DNA of 64,000 nucleotides from an uncultured Armatimonadia bacterium (GCA_963749155.1 CAVVLO010000002.1:1440001-1504000); one strand, 5' to 3'; shown: positions 21,374 through 32,187, numbered from the stretch's first letter. A program made the numbers and translations. Notes: generated by a model not told the origin, from the letters alone.

Positions 21374-21406
21374 GCTTTTCGCCTTGCTCTTCTCGCAGCT
21401 AGCCCC

Positions 21407-23275
21407 TTACGGCACCGGCGGATGCTCGGAGTCGATGGCGAGCAGCACGAGTGAGCCGGGGGGCAGGTCCAGCTCCACCTTACGGGCTTCGGCACGGGAG
21501 ACCAGCTCGTCGCGCACGAGGGCAAGCTCGCTCGGCGTGCCGGCCGCGGGGTTGGAGTGAGTCGCGTCCACGCGCCAGAGCTGCAACCGCAGGCGCTCTC
21601 CCTCAGGCAGGCCCTCGGTGCGCACCACAGCGCGCTTGGACGGGCCCTCTTCCGTATAGGCGCAGTTCCACACCAGTGCCCTCAGCCCCGAGGCTTGCCA
21701 GGTTGCGATGCAGCCGACGGGCCCGATAGGGAAGCTCGCGGCGACCCGCTCGCGCGCGAGGTCGGCCACGAGACGCCAGGCGAAGTAGGCAGCCTTCGGG
21801 TTGTTGGCCGAGGTGAACAGGCCCCAGCGCCCCCACCACTCGGCATCGGGATTCCAGCCGTCCTTCGGCTCGAAGAAACACTGGACATCAAGAGGCGAGG
21901 AATCCATATAGTAGAGGCTCGCGGCGAGGTAGGCGGCATCGTAATTGCCATCGTTGCGCGTCGGATTTAGCCCCGCGTCGGCGTTCCACTCGTCCATCAC
22001 GAGCTGCACCTGGTTGTCGTGCCCGAGGAGGACGGCCAGCAGGTAGCTGAGGTTACTCGCCACAGCGGCATAGCTGCGCGGGGTCAGCTTGTAGTCGTGA
22101 TAGCTGATGAAGTCGAGGGGCAGCCCCTCGCGCTTGCAGAACTCGACCAGCTCGATTATCCAGTGCTCGGAGTGGCCGGCGAGGCCCGGCCCGCCGATAT
22201 AGGCATAGGGGTCGGCGCGCTTCACAGCCTGGGCGGTGACCCGGTAGAGGTCGAGATAGGGCGCGACGTTATGACCGAGCATCGCCCCGTTGGGCTCGTT
22301 CCAGAGCTCCCAGTAGCGGAAGAGATAACCTTCGTCCTTATAGTGGCGCACAGTGGCCTCGACCAGGCGGCCCCATTCCTCCAAATCGGAGGGCATCGAG
22401 TCGATGGTGCCGTTTTCCGAGAGGCCCTTCGGCATATAGCCCAGGCACATAAGCGGCTGGGCGCCCGTCTCGATGACGCAACGCAGCATTCTGTCCAGCT
22501 TGCTGAAATCGTATTGCCCCGGCCCCTGCCACACTTCGAAATAGTCGTAGATATGATCTATACGGATAAGCTCGGGCATCGTGTGGGCCAGGGCGTCCAC
22601 GACAGGGCGCAGATAGTCGGGGTCGTTGGACTCTCCCCCCTGTGAAAACCCATAAGTCAGCCTGGGGAAATCGCCCTGAGACTGGTTGAGGTTGATGTCG
22701 ATGGGCACGAGGGCGCCCTGCTCATCATCGGGCAGCACCTCGGGGTCGGTGTAGAACTCCAGATCGTCCACCAGCGCGTCCACCGAAGCGCGGCGGGGCA
22801 TAAAGGCGACGATCCGGATAAGATCCCACTCCGGGACGCCGTTGCCCCAGGCGTTGTAGACGCATTGCCAGCGGTTGAAGCTGAAGCGCCGCCAGCCGGT
22901 GTAATCGAGTACCAGCGGGGGCGTCTCCCAGGCGTCCCAGTCGGCCTCCGACAGGCGCAAGGTCACGATGCAACCGCTGCCATCGCCCTTTACCCAGAGG
23001 GAGAGGGTATTGCCGCCGGAGTCAGGCTCGACGTGGAGGTAGGCCATCCCGTAGACGAACTGAGAGTGATCATAAGTCAGCCGCAAGGCGCCGGTGCCAC
23101 TACGAGCCTCATCCGAGGTGACCTGGGTAAGGGCAGTGGCCTCCATCGCCCCTGGATCGCCTGCTGGATCGACGTTAACGGGGCTCTCGAAATCCAACTG
23201 CCACGCGAAGGCGGGCAAAACCAGGGCCAGCAACAACGCAAGGAGCAGGCTAGAAGAAAGTCGTCGAACCGCCAT
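21407..23275 (-). CDS. Secreted GH39 family glycoside hydrolase with N-terminal CBM-like domain
   Basis: Signal peptide, CBM-like LSLWVKGDGS, and GH39 motifs YWELWNEPN, IGGPG, LDFISYHDY and MDEWN. Confidence 0.82.
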   Translation of the reverse strand: MAVRRLSSSLLLALLLALVLPAFAWQLDFESPVNVDPAGDPGAMEATALTQVTSDEARSGTGALRLTYDHSQFVYGMAYLHVEPDSGGNTLSLWVKGDGSGCIVTLRLSEADWDAWETPPLVLDYTGWRRFSFNRWQCVYNAWGNGVPEWDLIRIVAFMPRRASVDALVDDLEFYTDPEVLPDDEQGALVPIDINLNQSQGDFPRLTYGFSQGGESNDPDYLRPVVDALAHTMPELIRIDHIYDYFEVWQGPGQYDFSKLDRMLRCVIETGAQPLMCLGYMPKGLSENGTIDSMPSDLEEWGRLVEATVRHYKDEGYLFRYWELWNEPNGAMLGHNVAPYLDLYRVTAQAVKRADPYAYIGGPGLAGHSEHWIIELVEFCKREGLPLDFISYHDYKLTPRSYAAVASNLSYLLAVLLGHDNQVQLVMDEWNADAGLNPTRNDGNYDAAYLAASLYYMDSSPLDVQCFFEPKDGWNPDAEWWGRWGLFTSANNPKAAYFAWRLVADLARERVAASFPIGPVGCIATWQASGLRALVWNCAYTEEGPSKRAVVRTEGLPEGERLRLQLWRVDATHSNPAAGTPSELALVRDELVSRAEARKVELDLPPGSLVLLAIDSEHPPVP

Positions 23276-25388
23276 AGTAGCTGCCTCCGAACTGGCTCGC
23301 GCCGAACTCGGGCTGCATCATCGGCAAGCCATTGATGTAGAAGTAAAGGCCGACGAGGTCGCGGCTCTTGTCCCAGGTGACGACCCCTGTCCAGCAATGG
23401 AGATCGCGCGAGAGGCGCAGATTCACGAAATCGAACTGCTTGGTATAGCCGCTGTAGCCAACGAAGCCTCCAAGTTTCCATTTGGGGGCCAGGTCAAAGT
23501 CGAAATCGGCGCGCGCGGTCGAGAGTTCGTCTTTCTCCAGATCATAAGTCAGCGTGGCATAGCTCTTCAAGTGAGGCTCGTCGAAGGTCAGGCGCAGATT
23601 GAGCGGGCGCCAGACGCTGTTCTCGATATCGTAGGCGGCCGAAACGCCCACCGAAGAGTTGCTCCACAGGTCGGTAAGCCCTGTCAGGCGAAGCTGATAC
23701 CAGCGATTTTGATTTATATCGAAGCTGGTGCTGAGGGAGACTTCCGATTCGCTGGTCTTGCGCTTGAGGGCGCCGCGGAGCTGCTCGGTCGGATAAGTAG
23801 AATCGAAGCTGAAGGGCGAATAGCCGGCCGAATAGCGATGCTGATAACTGGTGGTGAAGTTCCAACTGCCGCCCAGGTCAGCTTCGAGATCTGCCGCCTG
23901 ATTGACTTGATACTGAGCCCAGCCAGCCCCGTAAAAATATTGATCGAAGCTGCCTCGATACCCGAGTTTAAGCGAGCCGGTAAGCTGCGCGGTTGAGCGA
24001 TAGGCATCCAGAGCGAAGGAAGTCCGGGTATCACGGGTGCCGTAAGGGTCTTCGAGGATATCCGCAAAGCCAACCTGGGCGTTCCACCGGGTAGAGCCGA
24101 GTTTGAATAGAGGCATCCTGGCCGAATCGGTGCCCAGTGTCAGCAGCGGGCGATAAGAGACATAGCGATAATTGGCATCGCCGGTATAGTCATCCTCGTC
24201 CAGATCTTCGTGGACGTTGGACTCGAGGCTCCAGTCGTATTCATCGCCCCGGTAACTGTACTTGAGGGTGGCGACCAGGTCCCGATTGGCGGCGGCATAA
24301 AGCGAGCTGTCGTAACCTGTATAGAGCCAGCTTGTGCGCAGAGCACCTGCGCCGAGGGTACGGTCCCATTCGAGCCCCGCGCGGATCTGCTCGCTGGTTG
24401 AATAGCTGTCGGTCTTGCGGTCGGAGAAAGTCAGGCTGGTACGGTTGCCCGTCTCATAACGCGACAGGCGCCAGTCGAAGTTGCTGGTGCGCGTGTCAAC
24501 GGCGTAGGCTGAATCCTCGCGAAAATCGTAAGTGAGCTTGCTCTCCCAGGCATCGCCAAGTAGCAGCACATGCTCGGCTCGAGCGGTCAGGGTATCGGAG
24601 CCGGTCTCCTGGTAAAGCCGGGTGTAAAGCGACTGGCGGGGCTGCCCGAGGGAGTATTCAAGCCCCAGGCCAGTGCCGCGCTTTTCGGTGACATCTACTG
24701 ACAAGGCTGCGGCAGAGGCGTCAGTAAGCACCCAGGGGAAGGTCGCGCTGACATAATAACCTTCTACATCGTTGCTGCCGAAGGAGGGAAAATAATCCGG
24801 CTGCTGGACGAGTTCCCACGGGATGGTAAGGCTGGGCGTCAGGAAAACGGTACGCCCCAGGAGGCGGAACTTGGGATGCTCCAGCACGATACGCTCGCCT
24901 GGATAGACGCGCAGCTTGCTGGTGGTCAGGGTGTAGTGGGGATGCTCCAGGTCGCAGGTGGTCGCCGAGCCGGACTCAAGGCTGAACTCTCCATCGGTAC
25001 CGCTGGCACTGGCGCCCTTCAGATAGACAGGCTCGGAGGTAAGGCCTTCGAGCGCAGTTGGCGTGACAACCGCCTTTGCGTCGGTGAACTGCCAGGAGCG
25101 TTCTTTGAAGTTAACGGTCAGGCTCTGGCCTTCGACGATTTGCTCCTCATAAGCAAGCTTGACCGGGGGCAGAAACTCACCTTTAAGGGTATTGAGATCA
25201 ACAGTGCCGCCGTTTGCGTCGATGATGAAGCCCTGGTATTCGATATGCAGCGGCCCCGAGGTGGTGACGATACGAGTAGCCTGATCCCAGAGAAGGCCTT
25301 CTCCAGTGACAACAAGCGGCTCAGCGGCCAGCGCAAGACCAGCCACGAGAGCGAGCACAACGAAAATCAGGCGCTGCAGTAAAATCAT
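23250..25388 (-). CDS. lptD: LptD/OstA-like outer-membrane beta-barrel
   Basis: Signal peptide MILLQRLIF..ALA, jellyroll region with TTCDLEHPHY, beta-strand-rich body and C-terminal RDLHCW. Confidence 0.78.
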   Translation of the reverse strand: MILLQRLIFVVLALVAGLALAAEPLVVTGEGLLWDQATRIVTTSGPLHIEYQGFIIDANGGTVDLNTLKGEFLPPVKLAYEEQIVEGQSLTVNFKERSWQFTDAKAVVTPTALEGLTSEPVYLKGASASGTDGEFSLESGSATTCDLEHPHYTLTTSKLRVYPGERIVLEHPKFRLLGRTVFLTPSLTIPWELVQQPDYFPSFGSNDVEGYYVSATFPWVLTDASAAALSVDVTEKRGTGLGLEYSLGQPRQSLYTRLYQETGSDTLTARAEHVLLLGDAWESKLTYDFREDSAYAVDTRTSNFDWRLSRYETGNRTSLTFSDRKTDSYSTSEQIRAGLEWDRTLGAGALRTSWLYTGYDSSLYAAANRDLVATLKYSYRGDEYDWSLESNVHEDLDEDDYTGDANYRYVSYRPLLTLGTDSARMPLFKLGSTRWNAQVGFADILEDPYGTRDTRTSFALDAYRSTAQLTGSLKLGYRGSFDQYFYGAGWAQYQVNQAADLEADLGGSWNFTTSYQHRYSAGYSPFSFDSTYPTEQLRGALKRKTSESEVSLSTSFDINQNRWYQLRLTGLTDLWSNSSVGVSAAYDIENSVWRPLNLRLTFDEPHLKSYATLTYDLEKDELSTARADFDFDLAPKWKLGGFVGYSGYTKQFDFVNLRLSRDLHCWTGVVTWDKSRDLVGLYFYINGLPMMQPEFGASQFGGSYYGGSTTFF

Positions 25389-26467
25389 CTTCTGAGAGGT
25401 CTCCCAAGTAGCCAAAGGGCCGCTAGCCCCATCAACAGGACTGGCCCCCAGCTTGCCAGGGCGGCTGGCATATGACCATCGGCGGCCAGGCCACGAAGCC
25501 AAAGGGCACAAAGATAGTAACCGAAGGCGAGGGCGAAAGTCACTATCAATCCCACATAACCTCCGGCGCGTGAAAAGCGCGCGGAGATTGGTAGCCCAAG
25601 CGCCAGCAGGGCCAAGCCTGCCATTGGCAGCGCCAGGCGGAAGTGCCACTCTGAGTCAAGTTCTCTGGTCGAGTGACCAGCCTTGCTTGCTTCGGCGCGT
25701 TTGGCAGCCAGCTCTGGCAGGGTCATATCTCGCGGCCTCTGGCGGAATACAGCAGCCGGGGGAGCGGCCCGGCGTAAATCGGCGAGGAACTCCTCACTTT
25801 TGACTGAAACAGCCCGGCCTGAATAACTCATCCGCCAGGCTTCGAGGCCCTCAAATTCCCAGGCGCCTTCGGGAGAGAGCTTCGCGGCATCGGCCATAAA
25901 CAGGGTCGGCGGGCCGGCGGTCTCCAGCTTGAAGATAAGCACTCCTTCCAGGCGACCAGCCGCTCGGTCGGCGCGTTCTACATAGAAATGGTAGCCGCGC
26001 CCCATATAAAAGAAGTGGTCAGGGAGCGGGAAGAGCTCCCTTGGCGAGTAGACCAGTACCCGGCCTGTCTGGCGAGCCAGAGCATCGGCGCGCGGGGCAA
26101 CCCAGCCAGCCAGGGCCAGGTCGCCAAGGGCAACCAGCAGGCCTAAAAGAAGTATCGGAATCACAAGCCTGCCAAAGGTAACGCCGGCGGTTTCAAGAGC
26201 GAAGGCTTCTCTGTCGCCGGCGAGTCTGACGACGGCCAGGGTACCTGCAAGCAGCATCCCCACAGGCAGCGAAAGCACCAGCGCGCCAGGCAGTGAAAGC
26301 CCCGCATAACGCACCAGCAGTTGAGGTTGGAGTTGGCTAAGCTCGGCCAGGCTCGAGCTAATCAGCAGATAGAGCGAGTTGGCAAGCAGTACGACGAGAA
26401 AGCCCAATATAGCCACAAGCAGAGGCGGAAGCGCCTCTGCCAGGGCATACCTGTCAACAAGTCGCAT
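25385..26467 (-). CDS. LptF/LptG family permease
   Basis: MRLVDRY start, 3+3 TM segments around a periplasmic domain, motifs RLAGDREAFAL and HFRLALP. Confidence 0.88.
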   Translation of the reverse strand: MRLVDRYALAEALPPLLVAILGFLVVLLANSLYLLISSSLAELSQLQPQLLVRYAGLSLPGALVLSLPVGMLLAGTLAVVRLAGDREAFALETAGVTFGRLVIPILLLGLLVALGDLALAGWVAPRADALARQTGRVLVYSPRELFPLPDHFFYMGRGYHFYVERADRAAGRLEGVLIFKLETAGPPTLFMADAAKLSPEGAWEFEGLEAWRMSYSGRAVSVKSEEFLADLRRAAPPAAVFRQRPRDMTLPELAAKRAEASKAGHSTRELDSEWHFRLALPMAGLALLALGLPISARFSRAGGYVGLIVTFALAFGYYLCALWLRGLAADGHMPAALASWGPVLLMGLAALWLLGRPLRR

Positions 26468-26485
26468 AAGCGGCCAGCCTCGCGA

Positions 26486-28616
26486 CTACTTTTCCTCGCC
26501 AGTGTAGCCGTAGTAGTAGTAGTAATAGTAGTAGTAGTAGCCTTCTCTGCGGGCGTCGACCTTGTTGGCGACGGCGCCGTAGAAACGGGCGCCAGCGCGA
26601 TCGAGCAGCTCCTTGGCGCGCTTGGCAAGCCCCAGGCGGGTCTCGCCGCTTGCGATTACCAGCAGCACACCATCCGCTTGCGCTGCCAGCAGCTGGCTGT
26701 CGGTAACGACTGCGACAGGCGGCGAGTCGAGGATGATAACCTCGGCCATCCCTCGCAAGGTGTCAAGCAGGTTCCTCATCCCCGCCGAGTCGATAAGCTC
26801 GGCCGGGTTCGGGGGCAAGGGGCCGCTGGGCAAGAAAGCAAGCCCTTCGATGCTGGTTGGCTGGACGAGTTCTTCAACTGGGACATCGCCCAGCAGCGCG
26901 GTAGTAAGGCCTTTGCTGCTATCTACCCCAAGCAACCTGTGGGCGATAGGACGCCTGAGGTCAGAGTCTACCAGGATGACTCTCTGACCGAGTTGGGCTG
27001 TCACAACCGCCAGGTTGAAGGCTACAGATGACTTGCCTTCGCTTGCGGTGGAGCTGGTGACGACCATCAGGTGGCCGACTCCTTCTTCCCTTTGGGTGCC
27101 TGCAGCCGCAGTAAACGCTTACGTTAGAACGCAAGGTGCGATAGGCCTCGGACAGTGCCGATCGGGGCGAAGTTTCGGTGACCAGCACTGGCTCGTCGCG
27201 TTCGGCAAGCGGGATGACTCCCAGAATCGAAAGGCCCAGCTTGGTCTCGATGTCCTTGGGATCGCGCAAGGTGTCGTCCATACGCTCTACGATGACCGCA
27301 AGCGCGAGGCCAAAGATAAGGCCCATCGCGAAGGCCAGCGCGAAGCTGAGGACGGTCTTGGGCTTGAAGGGATATTCGGGCACGCCTGCATTGTCAATAA
27401 CAGTGGCCTTGGGAACGGCCATAGCCTCGGCAAGCCGGTAGTTCTGCAATTGGCCCAGCAGAGTCGTGTAGATGCCCTCGGTCACTGTCAGGTTGCGCTG
27501 GAGCCTGGCAAGCTCTATCTCGCGGTCAGGCAGGTGCTTGAGACTGCCCTCGGTAAGCTGCATCAGGCGACGCAAGCCTTGTGCCTTGGCTGATTGCTCG
27601 GCGATTGCGATCTCCTGATTGACCCAGTCCGAGTTAAGCGAAGCGACGACCGGGTTATATTGCTCGGTGATAGCGTTCTCGATGCGCGAAGCTTCTGCTT
27701 TAAGGCGCAGTTTGGAGTCGGCAATCCTGGCATCCAGGGCCTTCACGCGGGGGTCCTTCTCAGTAAGCTCTGCCAGGAGCTCGGCGCGCTGGATTTCCAG
27801 AGTGACCAGGTTGCCCTTAAGCTGCTCGCTGATGGGATTGAGCTGGGTCGTCTTGCTATAGCGAGCGAACTCGGGACGCTTCTTCAGCTCGGTATAGGCG
27901 GCCTGTTGACGGGCCGTGGCGCTTTTGGCGGCCAGATCGGCTTCGGCTGCCGCTTGTTCGTAGGCCAGCAACCGGTTGGACATCGCGGCTGCCTGCCCAT
28001 CAATAACATAGAGTTTCTGGTCTTTCTGGAAAGCTACCAGGTCTTGCTCGGCCTTGTTGAGGTCCGCCTGCACCGAGGTGAGCTGGCTCTGGATGAAGTC
28101 TCGAGCCTGCTGAGCGGCCTGACGGCTTTGTTCCTGCGTCAGCTTGACGTAGACTTCGCCCATCTTGTTGGCGACGGAGGCTGCCACCTCAGGCTGGGTG
28201 GATTCGACTCTCAGGTAGATGACGTCGGCGTTCTTGATGGCTTCGGCATAGAAGTTCGAGATCGGTGAAGGGCTTGTGGGTAGCTCGAGTTCGTCCAGAG
28301 CCTTTCTGAGCACAGTGCCCGACTCGAGCAGCTCGAGCTGGGTCTCAATTGTGCGGGCTCTTGCCTGCTGCATCAACTCGGAACCTGGCATTGAAGCTAT
28401 CTGAGAGGTGCCAGCGGTGGCTGTTGCTTCCACAAGCAGTTTACAAGTTGCTTTATACTGGGGGGTTGTCGAAAACACGAAAAAGGCCGTGACCAGCAAT
28501 ACCGCGGCCCAGGCAGCGAGTACGAGCAGCCAGCGACGTCTCAACATTATGAGTACGTCGCGCAGCTCAAACTCGCTTGCGAGTTCTTCTCTTTGTATGT
28601 TTTGGGCTTCGTCCAC
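26486..28616 (-). CDS. wzc: Polysaccharide co-polymerase / BY-kinase (Wzc-type), frameshift near 27110
   Basis: Wzz-like TM1, coiled coil, P..P.KP-TM2, EAYRTLRSN, Walker A SSTASEGKS, VDSDLRRP, LDSPP and a C-terminal Tyr cluster. Confidence 0.9.
26510..26539 (-). repeat. (TAC)4-TAT-(TAC)5 trinucleotide repeat encoding 10 consecutive Tyr
   Basis: The + strand reads (GTA)5 ATA (GTA)4. Confidence 0.95.
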
Positions 28617-28637
28617 AGAGATCCCTTTCCTCGCGCC

Positions 28638-30262
28638 TTAGCGGAACAGCCAGTAGAAAGGCGAGATGTCTTTCATAATCGATTGGAGATTTACGTTGTT
28701 GGCCTTGAAGGCACATAGATAACATCATGCGGCTTGAGCTCGAGATTGAGGGGGCCTTTCCCCTCTTTCACGATGTCAGCCAGGTTAAGGTCGATATATT
28801 CGAGCCCGTCAGGCTCGTCTTCGTTCACGCGGATAAGCCAGGCCTCATGAAGCCGGGCCTCCTTGTCGCGTGGCCCACCCGACTGGGCGAAACCATCGAG
28901 GATAGTATCGCCCTCCTGGAACATATAGACTCCGGGTTTGCTGACTCCACCAAGCACCGCAAAGCGCAGTACCTGGCGCGGGATGAGCAGCACATCGCCT
29001 GGCTCGAGGGGAACATTGCCCGCAACCGAGCCTTCTTTGACCAGCGCGAAAAGATCGAGCGGCAGTTCCTGGGAGCCTCCGCGCAGCAGCTTCGCCTCGC
29101 GCAGATTGGCCTGGTCGGTTGGGCCACCTGCCAGCGAAACCAGATTGAGCACGGTAAGACCTTTCAGCCACGAGAAGGCGCCGGGCCTCTCGGCCTCACC
29201 GAGGAGGAAGACAGAATTGATCCGCTCCGGTACGAAGAGCACATCGCCGGGCAAAACGCCCACATCAAGGCTCTTGTCGCCGCGTTCCACCAAAGCCTCA
29301 TAATCAATCGGCACCGCTTCGCCACTGCTGCGGGTAAGTATTAGCCTGGTGGGATCGGCGGTCGGAGCCAGCCCACCAGCGACTGCCAGCAACTGGCTGA
29401 CTTTCATATCCTGGGTGATAGGGAAAGACCCCGAGCGGTTTGACTGGCCGAACACCGAGGCGACATTGAGCCGCGCCGGCGCGTAAAGCATATCTCCATC
29501 CTGAAGCACGACATCCTGCTCGAGGTTGGGCTGCCCCAGTTTCCAGGCGAAGCGCTTAACGAGCTTGCCACTGCGCAGAATAGCCAGATTATCGAGATCA
29601 GCCTGATCGCTGAAACCACCCGAGCGAGCAATGACCTCGGAGACGGTCACCGGGCCAGGCACATACTCGGTGCCAGTCTTGGCGAACTCTCCAAGTATGG
29701 AGACGCCCCGCATCCGGTTGACGACGACGATGTCACCACTGACAAGCTCGACATCGGTGCTGGCTTCTCCCGACAGGATGGTGGTCAGATCGAGCAGTGA
29801 TCTGGTGCCATCGGGTTTGAGTAGAGTCGCTTCGGAGCGGTTGGCGATATCGGTGAAGCCGCCTGACTCGGCGATTGCCTGCCTGACACTGGAAGCGGTG
29901 AACCAGGTTTTCGGTCCAGGCCCGCGCACTTCGCCAAGCACATAGACAAAAAGGTTGGTTTGACCGATATGAACGGAAACCAGCGGATTACGCAGATATT
30001 CGGCAAGCAGCCCCGAAATCTTGGCGCTGGCTTCGGTGGCGGTCAGCCCGCTGACTGAAACCGGTCCGATGACAGGCATCGAGATAAAGCCGTCCAGACC
30101 GACAGGGCTTTCAGAAAGGGAGTATTCATCGTGGTTAAACACACTGACGGCTACCGTGTCGCCTGGCTGGATCATATAGGTAGGCACCAGAGGGCCCTGG
30201 GCCCAGGCAATGGCCGCCACCAGGACCAGGAGTGCGAATAGAATATGACTAGTCCTCTTCAT
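28638..30262 (-). CDS. wza: OPX/Wza-family polysaccharide export protein with five SLBB domains (frameshift near 28705)
   Basis: Poly_export motif IQPGD..DGFISMPVIG and five GxVxxPG-type repeats. The adjacent frame supplies the C-terminus NLQSIMKDISPFYWLFR with TAA at 28638-28640. Confidence 0.85.
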
Positions 30263-30328
30263 AGGCTCATCCTCACGTGCGTGTAGGAGACAAGACCATT
30301 CTAACATATTGCTTGCCGAAACAAGCCT

Positions 30329-31333
30329 TTAATCTCCCACACCGTATTGTCGCCGATAATAATTGAGGTATTCACCCGATTTTAACGGTTTCCACCAATC
30401 GGGATGGGCAAGATACCATTGAACTGTATCTGCAAGGCCTTCACTAAAATTATGCCGTGGCGTCCAGCCCAGAGCGCCGAGTCTGGTGGTATCCAGCGCA
30501 TAGCGCCTGTCATGGGCCGGACGGTCTTTCACATACTGAATAAGGATCTCGTCTTTGCCGAGTAGCTCGAGTAGCTGGTTGGTCACCTCAAGATTCGTGA
30601 TCTCGGAGCCTACCCCTACATTATAGATGGCGCCTGGAATTCCTTCTCGCAGCACCAGGTCAATTGCCTCACAGTGGTCTTCGACATAGAGCCAGTCGCG
30701 CTTGTTGAGCCCATCACCGTAGATGGGCACTGGCTTGTCTTCAATCAGGTTGGTAATAAAAAGTGGGATAAGTTTTTCCGGATACTGATACGGGCCATAA
30801 TTATTGCTGGCCCGGGTCAGCAGGGTCGGCAGGCCGAAGCTCTGATGATATGCCAGCACCAGTAAATCGGCGCCGGCTTTACTTGCCGAATAGGGACTGC
30901 TGGGGGTGAGTTTGGCTTCTTCCGAAAAAGCGCCCTCGTCGATGCTTCCATAGACTTCGTCGGTGCCGATTTGCAGATACCGCGCCAGGCCATACTCGCG
31001 CGCGGCCTCGAGTAAGGTAAAAGTGCCCAGGACATCAGTCTTCACGAAGACATCCGGACCCATCAGCGAGCGGTCTACATGGGTCTCGGCGGCGAAATTT
31101 ACCACCCAGTCAGGCTTCCACTCGAAGGCCTGCTTTACGGCTGAGGCATCGCAGATGTCCGCGCGCACGAACTGGTAGCGCGGATCGTCCTCAACTTCAA
31201 CGAGGTTGGCCAGGTTGCCGGCATAAGTCAGTTTGTCGAAATTGAGCACCTGACAATCCTGATACTTGCGCAGCATATAGCGGACAAAATTACTGCCGAT
31301 GAAGCCGGCGCCGCCTGTCACGAGCAGCTTCAT
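30329..31333 (-). CDS. rfbB: dTDP-glucose 4,6-dehydratase
   Basis: Motifs GGAGFIGSNF, DKLTYAGN, AAETHVDRS, TDEVYG and YSASK. Confidence 0.97.
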   Translation of the reverse strand: MKLLVTGGAGFIGSNFVRYMLRKYQDCQVLNFDKLTYAGNLANLVEVEDDPRYQFVRADICDASAVKQAFEWKPDWVVNFAAETHVDRSLMGPDVFVKTDVLGTFTLLEAAREYGLARYLQIGTDEVYGSIDEGAFSEEAKLTPSSPYSASKAGADLLVLAYHQSFGLPTLLTRASNNYGPYQYPEKLIPLFITNLIEDKPVPIYGDGLNKRDWLYVEDHCEAIDLVLREGIPGAIYNVGVGSEITNLEVTNQLLELLGKDEILIQYVKDRPAHDRRYALDTTRLGALGWTPRHNFSEGLADTVQWYLAHPDWWKPLKSGEYLNYYRRQYGVGD

Positions 31334-32187
31334 CCGCCAGCTCCCTTAAGCTTGAGGTATCCGGCCAGCGAATCGCGCCAGGCGGGCATAATATCTGCCC
31401 CCTGGAGTTCGAGCGCCCGGCGCAGCAGCAAGCCGTGCAAGGGGCGCCGGGCGGGCCTTGGCATCTCGGCGGTGGTAATTGGCTGCACCTCGACCTGGGC
31501 CGAGAGTCCAAGCAGTTCTACCACTGCGAGGGCGACCTCGTACCAGGTGCAATGGCCGGCATTGTTGATGTGGTAAACGCCAGGCAGCAGGGGATGTTCG
31601 AGCAGCAGCTTTATCTGGCGCGCCAGATCCTTCGTATAAGTCAGGCAGCCCTGTTGGTCATCTACAAAACGAAGGAGGGGCTGTTCCTTCGCAAGCCGCG
31701 CGATGGTGTCGATGATATTAGGGCCGCCAGGCCCATAGAGCCATTGGGTGCGGACCAGATAGCAGTCCGGCAGCGTCCGCTGGACACAGACCTCGCCGTA
31801 ATGCTTGCTTGCGCCATAGACCGAAAGCGGCCTGGGCAGCGCGGCTTCGTCATATCCGTCTGGATTTGTGCCATCGAACACATAATCGGTGCTGATATGA
31901 ACGAGCTGGGCGCCCACGCGCTTGCAGGCTTCAGCCACAGCCCAGGCGGCCAGGCCGTTCACCTGGTAGGCAAGTTCTGGTTCGGCCTCCGCGCGGTCCA
32001 CGGCAGTGTAAGCGGCACAGTTTATGACGACCTCGGGCTTCCAGTCGGCGAAGAAAGCCAGCGTGGCGGGCGCATCGGTGAGGTCGAGCTCGGCGATATC
32101 AATACCCAGCACCTCATGGTCAGGCGCCATAAGCTGGACGAGTTCGCTGCCCAGCATCCCTTTTGCGCCTGTAACCAGTAGTCTCAT
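31330..32187 (-). CDS. rfbD: dTDP-4-dehydrorhamnose reductase
   Basis: Motifs TGAKGMLG, AAYTAVDRAE, STDYVFDG and YGASK. Confidence 0.96.
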   Translation of the reverse strand: MRLLVTGAKGMLGSELVQLMAPDHEVLGIDIAELDLTDAPATLAFFADWKPEVVINCAAYTAVDRAEAEPELAYQVNGLAAWAVAEACKRVGAQLVHISTDYVFDGTNPDGYDEAALPRPLSVYGASKHYGEVCVQRTLPDCYLVRTQWLYGPGGPNIIDTIARLAKEQPLLRFVDDQQGCLTYTKDLARQIKLLLEHPLLPGVYHINNAGHCTWYEVALAVVELLGLSAQVEVQPITTAEMPRPARRPLHGLLLRRALELQGADIMPAWRDSLAGYLKLKGAGG

